This document shows positions 40,137 to 54,904 of a DNA stretch of 64,000 nucleotides, piece by piece (positions within the stretch are counted from its first letter, which is position 1; every line of letters starts with the position of its first letter). The translations under genes and the position numbers were made by a program. This DNA is from Octopus vulgaris (lineage: Eukaryota), in the NCBI GenBank assembly GCA_951406725.2, contig OX597823.1:55428001-55492000 (forward strand). The letters are read 5' to 3'. The notes under the pieces were generated by a model. It worked only from the letters and a program-made list of their open reading frames with translations, searched no databases and was not told the DNA's origin.

Positions 40137-41273
40137 TACATACAACTGTAGAGAACTGAATAGAGCTATCTTTCAAATAATTTTCCGTTTTTATATATTT
40201 AATCGTGACTCACAAAGCGAAATCATCTCAGCTATATGGAAAATATTTCTTTGAAAATAAAGCACCGGTTTAGATTTCAAAAAACAGTCGTTGTAAAGGA
40301 ACATAATTATATTAAGAGGACATCAAAAATACACATCAACACATCAAAACGTCAAAACATCAAAAAGAAACGAAAATATAAATATCTATGAATGTAAAAC
40401 AGCTGTAAAATTTTCAAAAAGTAACGGGTGTCATTAGAAAAAAAAATTAGTGTAACAGTTGTAACCCCCAAAGATAAGTATCACAGACATACCCTAAATT
40501 ACTTAGTTGCAATAGATCATATAGATGAAACTTTAAATGTGATCTAAATATATTTATTACTTGAATATATCAAGATATCTACTTCAGGTAGATAGACTAT
40601 ATGTTAAAGGCTTATACGAAACAATGAATTTCTCTCATAAAAAAGTGAAACCGGTTTGTAATTATCTACATTGGAGTATTTGATCATGTATTTTTGTAAC
40701 TATGGGCTTTGTAGTGTTTAATAACATATTCTGAAATGATATTAATGTAAACATGTATTTTCGTAGACATAATCTTGAAATCATTTGATTGTAGTAACGT
40801 ATTTTGGATATGATAATATATTTTGGAATATGTAACCATGTATTCTGAATTTATTTGATTATGATAATCTGTTTTTCAGTGCATATTATTATATTTTGAA
40901 ATTATTTTGAAACTATTTTGGCTGTAAAAAATATTTTGAAATTATTTGGCTGTAAAAATATACTTTGGTGTTTATTAACTGCAATGTAAAATAGTATAGT
41001 GCATTTTCTTATTATCACTTTTCCATATCTCTCGATTGGTATTAGATATTTTTTTAAGATATTTTTAGCATTATATATATATATAATATTATAATGTTAA
41101 ATATATGTACTACTCTGTAAAAGCATAGCAAACATATCATCTGAAACTGAGTAATACAACCTTGGTTTCAGAAATTTGACTGGTGATGGACTTCGACTTC
41201 GGCATTCGACTTCAGATTACCTGGAGTACAATACCGATCACAAGATTTTTTGTTAGCTTGGTGTATCTTATCT

Positions 41274-41370
<97 letters not shown>

Positions 41371-41374
41371 AGGT

Positions 41375-41720
41375 TACTCTGAAGAATCTCTGAAGTACTA
41401 TTACTCAAGAGGGTATGTAACTCGAAGATCCAGGTCGAGCCGTTACTTCTCCTCATTGAGAGATCACAGCTCCAGTACGATGGACAAGTGAATAGAATGT
41501 TGCAGGGAAAAAATCGCAAGACGGATTTTTCAATCCGAGCTATCCATCAGGAGATCTAGGAGTAGACCGAGAATGAGATGGTCAGATAATACTCACTGGT
41601 CAAACTTGGAAATCCAGCCGGAAAATCTAATGACGGTTATTTCTGATAGGACAGTATGGAGGAAGTGCCCGTACTCTCATGATCTTCTCAGGAATAGAGA
41701 GCGGAGAAGATGGGTGGATC
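41375..41720 (+). mobile_element. RTE LINE 3' remnant
   Basis: QVEPLLLLIERSQLQYDGQVNRM..RPRMRWSD..W.NLEIQPENL..V..DRTVW. Confidence 0.75.
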
Positions 41721-42046
41721 TTACTAAATATACTGTAGGGACTCATAAATGTAATAGAGCCAGCTGAAAATCACTGATCAACTGACATTACCAAAGTTAT
41801 TTCTCGGAAAACCCTTCTAATAATGTTCATTTTGTTTCTAACGCTTTCACATTTGTAATACTGTAATACTGATCCGCAGAAATAGCTGTATAGTTAAGGA
41901 GCTAGCTTTGCAATGACGTGGTTTCAGGCTCAATCTCACTGCGCGTCTCCTTGGGCAGCAATCTTCTACAATAAGATGTGGGCTGCTCTATAACTTGTGA
42001 GTGAATTTCGAAGGCAGAAACTGCGTAAAAGTCCGTCGCATGTATA

Positions 42047-42503
<457 letters not shown>

Positions 42504-43149
42504 TATGCATATATACATACATATATGTACGTACCTACGTATATATGTATATATACATGCATATATGGGTACAGGACCTCAAACGAACGTTGAACACAAT
42601 GAAAAAACGAAAACATAAAAACATAGAAACGAGACATACAACATAAAGAATATTCCCCTTTTTCAGTTGTCCCTGTTTCATCTACTCCGCGTTCGAAGGT
42701 AAGGACATATATATATGCATGTATATAATGTGTATGTTTGCGTTTGGGTTTGTACTCCTCCACCACTCGACAGCTGGTGTTGGTTTGCTTACGTCCCCGC
42801 AACTCAGTGGTTCAGTAAACAGAACCAATTGAATAAGTGCCAGGTTAAAAAAAATGTATTGCTATCGGACGATTTGCTCTACAGAACCATTCAAGGCGAT
42901 GCCCTACTAAAGCCGTCGTCCAGCAACTGAAACGAGTAAATGATTAAGCATAAAGATAAAATGCCAATGAATCTCTTTTTAAATCTCTTTGTGTTTAAAG
43001 ACCTTAGGATATGATATCGCTGTTCAATTACCACAGGACTGATTTTGAAGATTATTCTGTGAAAATCGAGAGTAAACGAGACAAACACCATAACAATAAC
43101 TATAAATTGAAAATTTTACTTTCGTACGTTGAGGTTACGAATATTAGAT

Positions 43150-43570
43150 GAGCTTAGAATCGTTAGCATGCCGGATAAAATGCTTAACGGTGTTGCTTCT
43201 GACTTTCTGAGCGAAATGCGTAGCCGTATTTCGTCTGCCGCTACGTTCTGAGTTCAAATTCCGCCGAGGTCGACTTTGCCTTTCATCCTTTCGGGGTCGA
43301 TCAAATAAGTACCAGTTAAGCACTGGGCTCGATGTAATCGATTTGACCCGTTTGTCTGTCCTTGTTTGTCTCCTCTGTGTTTAGCCCCTTGTGGGTAATA
43401 AAGAAATAGGTGTTTCTTTCGTTTTGATGTTCTCAGTTCAAATTCCGCCGAGATCGACCTTGCCTTTCATCCTTTCGGGCTCTATAAGAGAAGTACTAGT
43501 TGAGCCCTGGGGTCAGTGTATTCGATTTGCTCTTCCTCCGAAATATCTGGTATTGTGTCAAAATTTGAGA
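43150..43570 (+). mobile_element. Family A SINE multimer
   Basis: Partial head, full unit and a further unit joined at aaagaaataggt. Confidence 0.8.
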
Positions 43571-44502
43571 TTAATACTAGATTAGCTTCTTTCCAGTTCG
43601 CTTTGAAGCAGATTAGCGAACAGATTAAAAATGCAGATAAGAAATTTTCATCATTCATTTCATTAGCTGATTCGGTAAATCGCTAGAAGAATTGCTGTGT
43701 GTAACCAAAGTCGGTCCTCGACTGATCCAACCCATAACCTAAAGATATTTTACATGTGACAACCATGCTTTTAAAAACTTTTTGGAGCCATAGTTTATTT
43801 GGATTGTATTATCCAATGTATCCATCCATTTTGTAAGACGTTGCGATTTGATTTTATGGAAATTTGGCTGCTTTTTCCAGTCGTTCGAGGGATCATATCA
43901 AGGTTGTATCATTGGTTCGTATATCTTCAAATTACAACGCTTGGAGTAGTAGGACGCTATGCAGCAATTTAGTGAAATCTGCTTCAATTTTGCAATGCTG
44001 CTGGTGCGTGTAACAGTGACAAGTTGTTTTCCGTTGTTTTGGTGTCCCTTTTCGCTAATTACTTCAAATACTGTCGGGGTCGACTTTGCTCTTCTTGCTT
44101 CTAGGGCTTCAATAAATTCAGTTACCGGCTATATACTGTGGTCAAAATCATAGACTGTAATCCTATCTGTATCATTTTGCATGACCGCCCATCCTAAAGA
44201 CACTAAAATGTAATTTGGTGGAGATTTGGCTGTCTCAAGCAGTTAAAGCTCTACCATCCGCTTCTACCATTCCTAGTAATATCGACACCACAACCCAGCA
44301 GAAACATTTTTCAATTTTACCAAGCTTCCACAGCTTACAGCATTGAGTTATTCCTACTTTGTCGAACCTACTTCTAAATGAACTATTTAGAAAAATAATA
44401 TCATATGGGCCAGGAGATTGGTTAGTCAACAATCAACCAGCATACTTTACAGTATTGTTTCAACCAGGGAATATGCCTCTATTACAGAGTGGGAGCGCTA
44501 AG

Positions 44503-44710
44503 CAGTGATGTGTATAAATGCAATGACATGACCAGTTCAAATACGCTTGTGGCACGTTCGAAACCGTAAAGAAGCCATTTGTTGTGCTGTGTTTTGTCGG
44601 CGTCTACAGCAAGAAATTTTACTCCATGACAAAACATAGTGAATAGGTTGCTCACGGATTCAAACGTGCCACAAGCATATTTGAACTGGCAATAACATTG
44701 CATATCACTA
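44503..44710. repeat. Long imperfect hairpin, possibly a MITE
   Basis: ccagttcaaatacgcttgtggcacgttcgaaaccgt pairs with acggattcaaacgtgccacaagcatatttgaactgg, with further outer and inner pairing. Confidence 0.7.
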
Positions 44711-45070
44711 TGATCTGTATCGAAATACAGTTTCAAACACCTCAACGAGTTGAATATCTAACTATGGAACAATATGGCTGATGTTATATGTCATCGAGCC
44801 AAGATATTTAACTATCAATCGTATCGAAAAATAATCTCAACAACTGGCTCAGGGGATAGGATATCTATGACTATTGGTGCTGGAACGCATTTCGTGCCAA
44901 AATACATAACTCTAAAGTGGATTGGCCAAATAACTGTCAATATGTTTAGGAACCGCCTTAAATTACAGGAGTATGGTGACATTGAAGCATGTTTCGTTGA
45001 CTTGTGGTAGTGGTCCTAAGTATGGTAATAGTCACAAGTGGTACGCAAATTATTAATGACGAAAAAATGT

Positions 45071-45655
45071 GGCAGGCTGGCAGAATCGTTAGCACGCCGG
45101 GCGAAATGCGTAGCCGTATTTCGTCTGCCGTTACGTTCTGAGTTCAAATTCCGCCGAGGTCGACTTTGCCTTTCACCCTTTCGGGATCGATAAATTAAGT
45201 ACCAATTACGCACTGGGGTCGATGTAATCGACTTAATCCGTTTGCCTGTCCTTGTTTGTCCTCTCTGTGTTTAGCCCCTTGTGGGTAGTAAAGAAATAGG
45301 TATTTCGTCTGCCGCTACGTTCTGAGTTCAAATTCCGCCGAGGTCGACTTTGCCTTTCATACTTTCGGGGTCGATAAAATAAGTACCAGTTACGCACTGG
45401 GGTCGATCTAATCGACTTAATCCGTTTGTCTCTCCTTGTTTGTCCTTTCTGTGTTTAGCCCCTTGTGGGTAGTAAAGAAATAGGTATTTCTTAGTTTTAC
45501 ATTCTATGTAAAGTTTAAATTCCGGCTAGGTCGACTTTGCTTTTCATCCATTTCGGGGCCTATAAAGTAAATACCAGTTGAACACTGGGGTCGATGTAAT
45601 TGATTAGACTCCTCCCCGAAAATTTCAGGCCTTGTTCCTATATTAGAAGGATTAT
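45071..45655 (+). mobile_element. Head-to-tail trimer of family A SINE
   Basis: Units of about 185 bp restart at ggtatttc after aaagaaata (about 45299 and 45483). Confidence 0.88.
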
Positions 45656-46028
45656 TAACGAGGAAAGATATCATTTATGATATTTTTACAGGGTCTCTGT
45701 GAATAACAGACGAAAAGGAAGGCAAAACCACAGCTCGTGGGGGTTTTAGAAGTAAAAAGCAACAAGTGCAAGAACGATTTCATCGATGGGTTTTCCTCCT
45801 CAGGTTCCCGCTATCATATTTCATTCATACATTCTTAGTCCATCGGGATACTTGCCGAAAACGAGGTGTCGGGCTGAGATTGAACGTGAGACTAGGTAAT
45901 TGGAAATTGGACTTAAGCATTTGACAATACCTGCATGACTGAAGGTGCGTACACTACAACAGCATCCCCTTTCTGTGAGCTTCCTTCTCCCATTTTCCTT
46001 CTCTCTCTCTCTTCCTCTGACCCCTACT

Positions 46029-46072
<44 letters not shown>

Positions 46073-46234
46073 ACTTCATGCACACATGTAAACATACGCT
46101 CACACTCACACCATACTCACACGAACCTACATATGCACGCATGTATATTCACACATATTTATACCGGAAACATGAATATTTATGCTTGAGCATAATGTAT
46201 GCGACTAGCATGTGTGATGTGGAGTATTTGTTGT

Positions 46235-46312
<78 letters not shown>

Positions 46313-47094
46313 ATGTGTGTGTATGTGCATGTCTCTGAATGCACGCCTCTGTGTATGTGTGTGTACGTGTTTGTACATCCTTAATGATATGCTAATATGC
46401 AGAGATGAGTGTAAGTGCAGTTGAATGGACAAACGGGATCAATATAGTGATATAGGTAGAAATGAAAGCGGAAACGCTGACAGAAAGAAATAAAAGGGGA
46501 AGGAAAAAAGAGAGGAAAGTGAGCGAGTAAATGTGCGCGTGTGGAAGCTGGGAAGGGAGGGAGGCAGGGAGGGAGAAATATGGCGAGTGAGAATGATCTA
46601 AAGGAGGGAGAAGAAATAAGAGATTAAAGAATGGAAAAAAAAAAACTCATGGAAATTAATAAATGAACGGAGAGAGAGTGAGAGAGAGACTGAAAGAGTG
46701 AGAGGGGAGAGAGAGAAAGAAAGAGATAGTTAGGGAGGGAGAGAGACAGATAGAGAGGGAGATAGAGAAAGAAAGAGAGAGAGGGAGAGAGAGAGAGAGA
46801 AAGAAAAAGAGAGGGAGTGAAAGATGCATAGGTCAATAGAGAGAAAACTAAAGAAATCAATAGAGAGAAAGATGAACAATCGGGAAAGAGAGAGAGGTTA
46901 ACAGTAAGAAGAAAGAAAGATGTAGAGAGATTAACAATTAATTAGAAATGTTTTCTGGAGAGAAATAGAGAGTGTGCGAGAGATAAAGAATGAGAGAAAG
47001 AGTGAAAACTAATTAATGAGTAAGAGAGAGACAGAGACAGACAGAGAAAGAGAAAGTAAGAAAGAGAATAGACAGAGAGGAAGAAAAAAGACAA

Positions 47095-47274
<180 letters not shown>

Positions 47275-47392
47275 GGACGGACGGACGGACGGACGGACGG
47301 ACAGACAGACAGACAGATCGATAGATAAATTGATATGGATGGATGGATGGATGGATGGATGGATGGATGGAGAGAGAGAGAGAGGGGGGAAG

Positions 47393-47438
<46 letters not shown>

Positions 47439-48764
47439 ACAGGGCATAGAGAAAAAGATTTCTCCAGTTAAACCGAAATAGAAAAAAGATAGATAGACTG
47501 ACACAAAGATAGCGGGAAAGAAAGAGAGATAGAGTTTGTGCGTGTTTATGTGTTTAAGAAAGGGAAATAGAAAGAGAGAAATAGAGGAAGAATCAGTTTG
47601 AAGTAGTTGTTCTTTCTTTTGGCGAAGACTGTCTTCGTAAAGAATATACTAAACTTTGTCGTCGTCATCGTCGTCGTCGTCGTCGTTGTTTAACCACAGG
47701 TCAGCCATGATCTAACAGATGACCGACCGACTATGAAAGCATTCTAGCCGTGACTGCCTTTTTTTTAAAAAAATTATAATTGCAAGGAATCCAGTACTAC
47801 ATTACTCAACGAGTCCTTGTCTAAGACGGATTAAGGGTGATTTGACTGTTATTTCTAGCAATAGCAACGACAACAATAACCTAATGATCAAGTCGAAACT
47901 GGTGGTCTTGCTTGGTGACATTAACCGTTAGCGACACTATGTCATTATGGATGACATAACTGTGACAACGATGATATCATAGATACCGTAATTATGACAA
48001 TGATGATATCATGAGAGGGTGACATAATAGATGACGTAATCACGTCAGCGGTGACATCGTGGATGATGTCATATGGTCATTAGTGTCAACAGTGATAACG
48101 TATTCTGGATAAAAGTGATGTCATCGATAACGTCACGCAAATGATGTAATATGGTTAGTTTTCGTCATGTAAATGACGTCATTGCTGTAAGGTTGTACAA
48201 GCCGTACATGTTGACATTCTCAGTGACAATATGTTGTTATAGACCCGCCGTTGTCATGACCCTTCATAATTCACAACGCTATTGGGTACTTATTCGATTG
48301 ACAATTTTAGTTGACCTTTAGTTGACGGTAGCATTATATATCATCATATATTCCCTTGGGTAATGTTACGTTATATTTGTGTCATATACGTTATATTGTG
48401 TTATATAATATCATTTGCAGTAGTTTGTTTACCTTATAGTCCATTTCATATCGTCCGTCGTAAAGAAATTATCACAATCTTAAGGTTAACCCCCAAAAGT
48501 TTTCTTAACCCTGACGTCATAGTTGTGTTGTTGACGTCATAGTTGACGTTGTCTACAATGACGTCAATAAAGTTTACTTAAGTCGTCGCGTAGTGCCGTA
48601 AATAACTATGGTGACTTCCTGAGATGTGATCGCGTGTCTTATAAGGTATCTGAAGTGATGCGTAACGGAATATAATTGTGTATGTATGTATGTATGTATG
48701 TATGTATGTATGTATGTATGTATGTATGTATGTATGTATGTATGTATGTATGTATGTGAATTGT

Positions 48765-49070
48765 ATTGCTGTACGAGATGGAGGAAGAGATACTGTCAAA
48801 CCGAAGTACCTGAGTTGTTCTGCGGTGCAAAATAGGTTGCTATTCAAGTTGGAACCGGAATGTGTGTAACCCATAGTATAGGGCAATACTGGAGATAAAG
48901 AGTTATAGAGAATTATAGTCGGAAGTAACGGGATACATTGGATCCAAAATTGTTTCGACGGACGTTTCGAAGATTCTTGCAAATTCTCGTCAATATACAG
49001 CTGACCACATAAATGGCGTATGGTGCAATAAACGGAGTTTTTAATCATGCTGGTTAAGTGGTCCATGAAG
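48765..49070 (-). mobile_element. Old Penelope-like GIY-YIG remnant (different lineage)
   Basis: NSVYCTIRHLCGQLYIDEN..SKR resembles NxVYCIxCxxCxxxYIGET, and TAEQLRYFGL..P resembles the C-terminal helix. It may extend to about 49640. Confidence 0.55.
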
Positions 49071-49679
49071 AAGCAAAAGAAGAGTCGTAATGTTTAGTAA
49101 AATTGGTGGCGGTGGTGGTGGTGGTGATGGTGGTTAGGATAAATGAATATGTTTAGCAGTAGGGATGAGAACGGGTAAAGGAGACAAGTAGAGAGAGAGC
49201 TGCAAATGAAGCAAGTCATGCAAAGTGCGAGCACATTTCCAGGAGGGGAGAATTTGATATGAGAAAAAGTTAAACGCGACGATGTCCGTTGGAGTCGGAA
49301 GTGCTGCCGGGTGGTGTGCTGAACAAATAATGCAGTGGAATAGTGAGTGAAAAGAAAAGGGTGACTGTTAATAGTGAGCTGGAAACAAAACAAAACTGTG
49401 GGAGTATGGTTGGTTGCGACGTAATCTACAGTTCCAAGGTACCCATGGTGTACCAAACGTTCAGATTGGATTTTCTGAAGTCAGGTCGTGGTAGCAGAGG
49501 TAGCTGAAGGGAGGAATTGGAAGTAGAAGGAATGCGAAGAGGTGAAGTCTGGTTCAGAATGGGAATCGGTGAGCTTATTGGAGTTAGAAGCGCTGATAGA
49601 GTTGGTGTATCCGAAGAAAGTAGAAAGGTCTAAAAAAGGAGAGGAAATGTAGGGATGGTGGAAGCGGATATACATATAC

Positions 49680-49766
<87 letters not shown>

Positions 49767-49785
49767 GAGAGAGAGACACAGAGAC

Positions 49786-49846
<61 letters not shown>

Positions 49847-49872
49847 CATACATACATACATACATACATACA

Positions 49873-49899
<27 letters not shown>

Positions 49900-49903
<4 letters not shown>

Positions 49904-50320
49904 GTAACACACTGTCTAAATATCAATCTTCAGAAATTAGGCTTCTCAAAACCAGAAAGAAGAGAGCTAATTCGAAGGCTTCAGATCCAATCCATCACTG
50001 AAACTGTAAAAATCTGTAAAACTTCCAGAAGTCTATCATTTAAAAATATTTGAGCATGTCTAGATATGTGACTCGAGAATACATGCATAAAACAAAACAT
50101 ACAAATCTGCTCATACATGCATACATACATACATACATACATACATACATACATACATACATACATACATACATACATACATACATACATACATACATAC
50201 ATACAAAAATACCCTGCTGTTGATGTTGAAATTCCAATGAAGGAACCTCGGATCTAGGTTAGAAATCGGTTTTTTCTCTATTGGCAAGAAATCTTGAAAT
50301 AAACTGAAAAATGACCTGCA
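49900..50320 (+). mobile_element. 3' fragment and 3' UTR of the TACA-associated R4/Dong-like family
   Basis: KLGFSKPERRELIRRLQIQSITETVKICKT matches 26250-26360; both ends lie in TACA repeats. Confidence 0.85.
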
Positions 50321-50811
50321 TACATGCATACATACGTACATACATACACATGCATGCATACATCCGTGCGTAGTATGGATTGACATTTGCATATGTACAT
50401 GTAATTATTTTTTTCTCTCTTAATAATTTCGGTATTTAAGCCTCTGCCATGCTGGAGCACTGATTTGAAAGCATTTAAAAAGATCTTATCAACCCCGGTA
50501 TTTTTTCTTTCATACATTGTATTTATTTTAACTTCTTCTGTGTGTCAAACCACCAAGATACAGAATATAGGGAGAAATTAAAGTAGTAACTATACTGAGA
50601 AGTAATGTTTGTAGCTACTTCAACATTGCTGTTCTGCACGAACCGACGTTACTACCGTTTTTTAACTACAAGAGGACATCCCATCTAGATGGTAATCGAT
50701 GCAATCTGCACACTATATATATTGCAAGCAAGGGAGCGAACTCCTACAATCTTCTAGCAACTGGACAGGACCATCAGACCGGCTGGTTTTGGGATATATG
50801 TGTATGTGTAA

Positions 50812-50850
<39 letters not shown>

Positions 50851-51214
50851 CGTGTGTGTGTTTGTGTATTCATGTGACTAGATAGTCTTCGTTGATGTTA
50901 CAGTAGTTGTAGCAAACGTGCTAGTGATTCGGAGTTATAGGAAGGAAATAAAGATAAATAGGGTTGTGTGAGTCTATTGCTTCGTACTCACCTCGACACA
51001 TTCTGAAGTTACTTAGTGAAGTGAGCTTAATACTTATCTATTTATTTATTTACTTAAATTTTCCTGTAGGAAACCTCCTTGTGACTTTAGACACTGTTTT
51101 CAGGTGATTTACAATTCAGTTTGTCGGTTTCCTTGAAGACGGAAAACGGTGTTTTGTTCGATTTTCCGTTATTTTTAAGAAGATATTTTTGTAGTCAACA
51201 GTGAATATTATACA

Positions 51215-51440
51215 ATAGTTTACTTATTGAATAAATCCCAGTTTTTTTTTTTCTTTTCGAACTAAATATAACCTATCTCTGTCAGATTTTGGTTCGTGTA
51301 TTCTAAATATCGTTATTAATCTTGTTTTTACGTCTAGTCTCGTTAATATATTTTGCATCCAACTGAGAATATTATAACTGTGATTTATTACTGAAAAAGC
51401 TAGATTATGCAAACACATTATCTTTCCTTTTGCATTAAAA
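51215..51440 (-). mobile_element. R4/Dong-like remnant
   Basis: VINHSYNILSW..LDVKTR..HEPKSDRDRLYLVRK..GFIQ. Confidence 0.7.
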
Positions 51441-51544
51441 ATGTTTTAAATATATTTTTCTAACTGCTTTGAAGACTTTCTTCAGTAGCAGCACCCTATA
51501 AAGCTGCGACTGTATGGCAGTCTTTCTATCATCACCTTGGTAAT

Positions 51545-51750
51545 CAGAGAAAGAAGAACGCATTATGCAGGACACATCTCCTTTTCTGGAAACCCACGCA
51601 TAGACACAGTACTGGCAGACAAAGAGGGGCATATACCAATTATCTTGTGGGAGATACAGGGTATCAAGCTGATGGTATGAAGACTGCTCCAGTTGAGGAT
51701 ATGAAAGCTGCTTTGGATGATCGGGACATACGATCGTATGGCGTGGAAGA
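51545..51750 (+). mobile_element. RTE-like 3' remnant
   Basis: HYAGH..NYLVGDTGY..EDMKAALDDRD, weak similarity only. Confidence 0.45.
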
Positions 51751-52241
51751 GTTCGGGGTCGATGAAGTAAGTAGCAGTTACGCACTGGGGTCGATGTAAT
51801 CGACTATCCCCATCCGCCAAAATTTTAGGCAGGCCTTATGCTTATAGTAGAAAGGATTATTATTGCAAGGAAAAAGAAATGAGAAATGACAGAAGGTAAG
51901 GAATAATCTAAACCCAGAGTAAATGTACAAACGTTAACATTACGTGAAAGCATGTGGCGTAGAGTTTATGGTGTTGAGCGTACTTGTTGCAAAGTGTCAA
52001 TGGACAATCCTTGCTATATCTCTTATATTCATTTGGGGCTAGTGGCGGGCATTGACTAGTAATATGCCATACTGTTTCACTATTTTGTCCACAAATTCTG
52101 CACTTATCACTTTCTGTGTTGTGTATTTGATGTAATTGGTTCTTAATGCTTGCTCTTGGGCAGCACAGATTAGAACACTCCGTTTTCGGTTTTAAATCAC
52201 TTTCAGTTATCTATAGCCATCTTCTTATTCTTCTTCTTCTT

Positions 52242-52420
<179 letters not shown>

Positions 52421-52610
52421 GAGGCGGCGAGCTGACAGAATTTTTACCGTGTTGGATACATTTTGAATTAAAAATCAGCCAAGATCGTCTTTGCCTTTCA
52501 TCCTTTCGAGGTTGATAGAATAAATACCAGCTGAGCATTGGAGTCAATGTTAGAGGTGAACCCTCTCACCCAGAATTTCAGGCTTTGTGCCTATTTTAGA
52601 ATGAATTATA

Positions 52611-52685
<75 letters not shown>

Positions 52686-52688
<3 letters not shown>

Positions 52689-54156
52689 AGTTTTTTATAT
52701 CATACTTTCACTTCACTACCGAGCGCAGCTCTGTGTGCCTTGGGTATGTGCTGTGTTTTGTTGTGATGCTCTGATGGTTACTGTATTGAAAGTGTTTTGC
52801 GTAGGATGTGTGCAGTGCCCAGTAGTGCAATTTTCTGTATGTTATATGTGTTTGTAAGTCCTGGTGTTTTTGTTATGTATTTGTTTGAATATTTTTTATC
52901 ATGCCTAATGCACCTACTATGATAGGAATTGTTTCTGTTTTTAGATTCCACATTCAAGTTATCTCTATTTCCAGGTCTTGTATTTTGAAAGTTTCTCCAT
53001 TTCATTTAGAGACACGTTGTCATCTGCTGGTATTGATACATCAATTAGAAAGCATTTTTTCCTTCATGATCTCTGACAACTATATCTGGTCTGTTGGCCT
53101 TAATTTCTCTATCTGTGTGTATTGGCATATCCCAGAGTATGGTTGCTTTCTCGTTTTCTGTGACCTTTTCTGGGGTGTGCCTATACCATCTTTTTTCTGT
53201 TGCTATTCCATAATGTTGGTATAGCTTCCAGTGTATGAAGGTCCCAACTCTTTCGTGTCTGTGAATATATTCCTTCTTAACCAGGACTGGGCAGCCAGAG
53301 ATAATATGATTTATTGTTTCTTGTCCATTTCCACATATTCTGTAGTTACTTGTTATATTTCTTTTCATTATATGTTTTTGGTAATTTCTGGTGGGGAGGC
53401 TTTGGTCTTGTGCTGCAATTAAAAATCCCTTTGTCTCCGCTTTGAGTCCTGGGCTTCTCAACCGTTGCTGAGATTGTTCTTTGTCTATTTCTTTTGCATT
53501 TAGTTTAGTCCAGTATTTGCTATGAAGAGGCTTTTTCTTGCCATCCTTTTATCATGGTCCGTTGCTGTTCTAGTTTTAGTTTGGATTTCATTTGTTTTAT
53601 AGCTTTTGTTGTTTCTTCATCTTCTTCTTCTTCTTCTTCATCTTCTTCTTCTTCTTCTTTAGGTGGTATGATTTCTTGTTTGTATTTGTCAGCTTCCTTA
53701 AATACTGAGAAAAGTTTTTTGTTTTGCTCGTGTTTTGCCGCTATTTGATCAGTTTTCCTTCCTTCTGAAGTGGTTATTTTTGCAGTCTAATGGTGGTTAT
53801 TTTATAATAGTTTTCCAGCTGCATAAGGCCTCCACCACCTTCTATACGTTGTATATATAGCCTTTCTATGTCAGATTTTGGGTGATGCATCCTAGATCCT
53901 GTCATTATTTTTCTTGTTTTCCAATCTATTTTGGTTAGTTCATTTAATGTCCAGTTAAGGATATTGTAGCTGTAACTTATAACTGGGACAGCTAAAGTGT
54001 TAATACCTATTATCTTGTTTTTAGCATTGAGCTCTGTTTTTATTATTGATCTAATTCGTCTATAATATTCTTTTTATATTTTCTCTTTCATTTGTGTGTG
54101 TTGTGTCTTATCTAATTCATGGATTCCTAAATATTTGTAAGTTTGGCTTTGGTTTA
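52686..54156 (-). mobile_element. 5'-truncated Dong-like (R4 clade) retrotransposon in (TAA)n
   Basis: YKYLGI..HPKSDIERLY..GGGGL..ETKGFLIAAQDQSL.TRNY..RICG..ETINHIISGCP..RH..ILWD.PIHTDREIKANRPDIVV..IQKIALLGTAHILRK. (TAA)n lies at both junctions. Confidence 0.92.
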
Positions 54157-54209
54157 ATTTATTATTATTATTATTATTATTATTAATATTATTATTATTA
54201 TTATTATTA

Positions 54210-54275
<66 letters not shown>

Positions 54276-54383
54276 GGACTTGATAAAATGAGTACTACCT
54301 GAGGCTTACCCATTCCCTTAAAATTGTTGGCTTTCTGGCAAAACTTGATGCCATTACTATAATTCCAGACAAAATGTTACTGT

Positions 54384-54434
<51 letters not shown>

Positions 54435-54904
54435 AAGGGTTGTTATTATTACTTTAATGTTTCCGCGGAGGTCAACTTTGCCTTTCATTCTTTCGGGGTC
54501 GATGAAGTAAGTACCGGTTACGCACTGGGGTCGATGTAATCGACTATCCCCATCCGCCAAAATTTTAGGCAGGCCTTACGCTTATAGTAGAAAGGATTAT
54601 TATTGCAAGGTGAAAGAAATGAGAAATTAACGAAGGAAAGGAATAATCTAAACCCAGAGTAAATGTACAAACGTTAACATTACGTGAAAGCATGTGGCGT
54701 AGAGTTTATGGTGTTGAGCGTACACTCGTTTTACATTGTGGGCTACAGCAAATATTCTGCTCAATACCACAGATTTGCTTGTCAGTTGTTTGACCTTAAC
54801 CAGTTGAGCATGTCCCTTAGTGGCTGACGATATGTGCATCTCTGATCACGAGCAGAAGTAGTGGGGGAGCATCATAGCCATGTGTTGAGAGGAATTTCTT
54901 TGCA

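Noticed and set aside
40720-40970. Periodic tattttg(a/g)a motifs
   Set aside because: Looks like a decayed AT-rich minisatellite with no further structure.
45071-45655. CRISPR-like regular repeats
   Set aside because: These are eukaryotic SINE multimers with no unique spacers and no cas genes.
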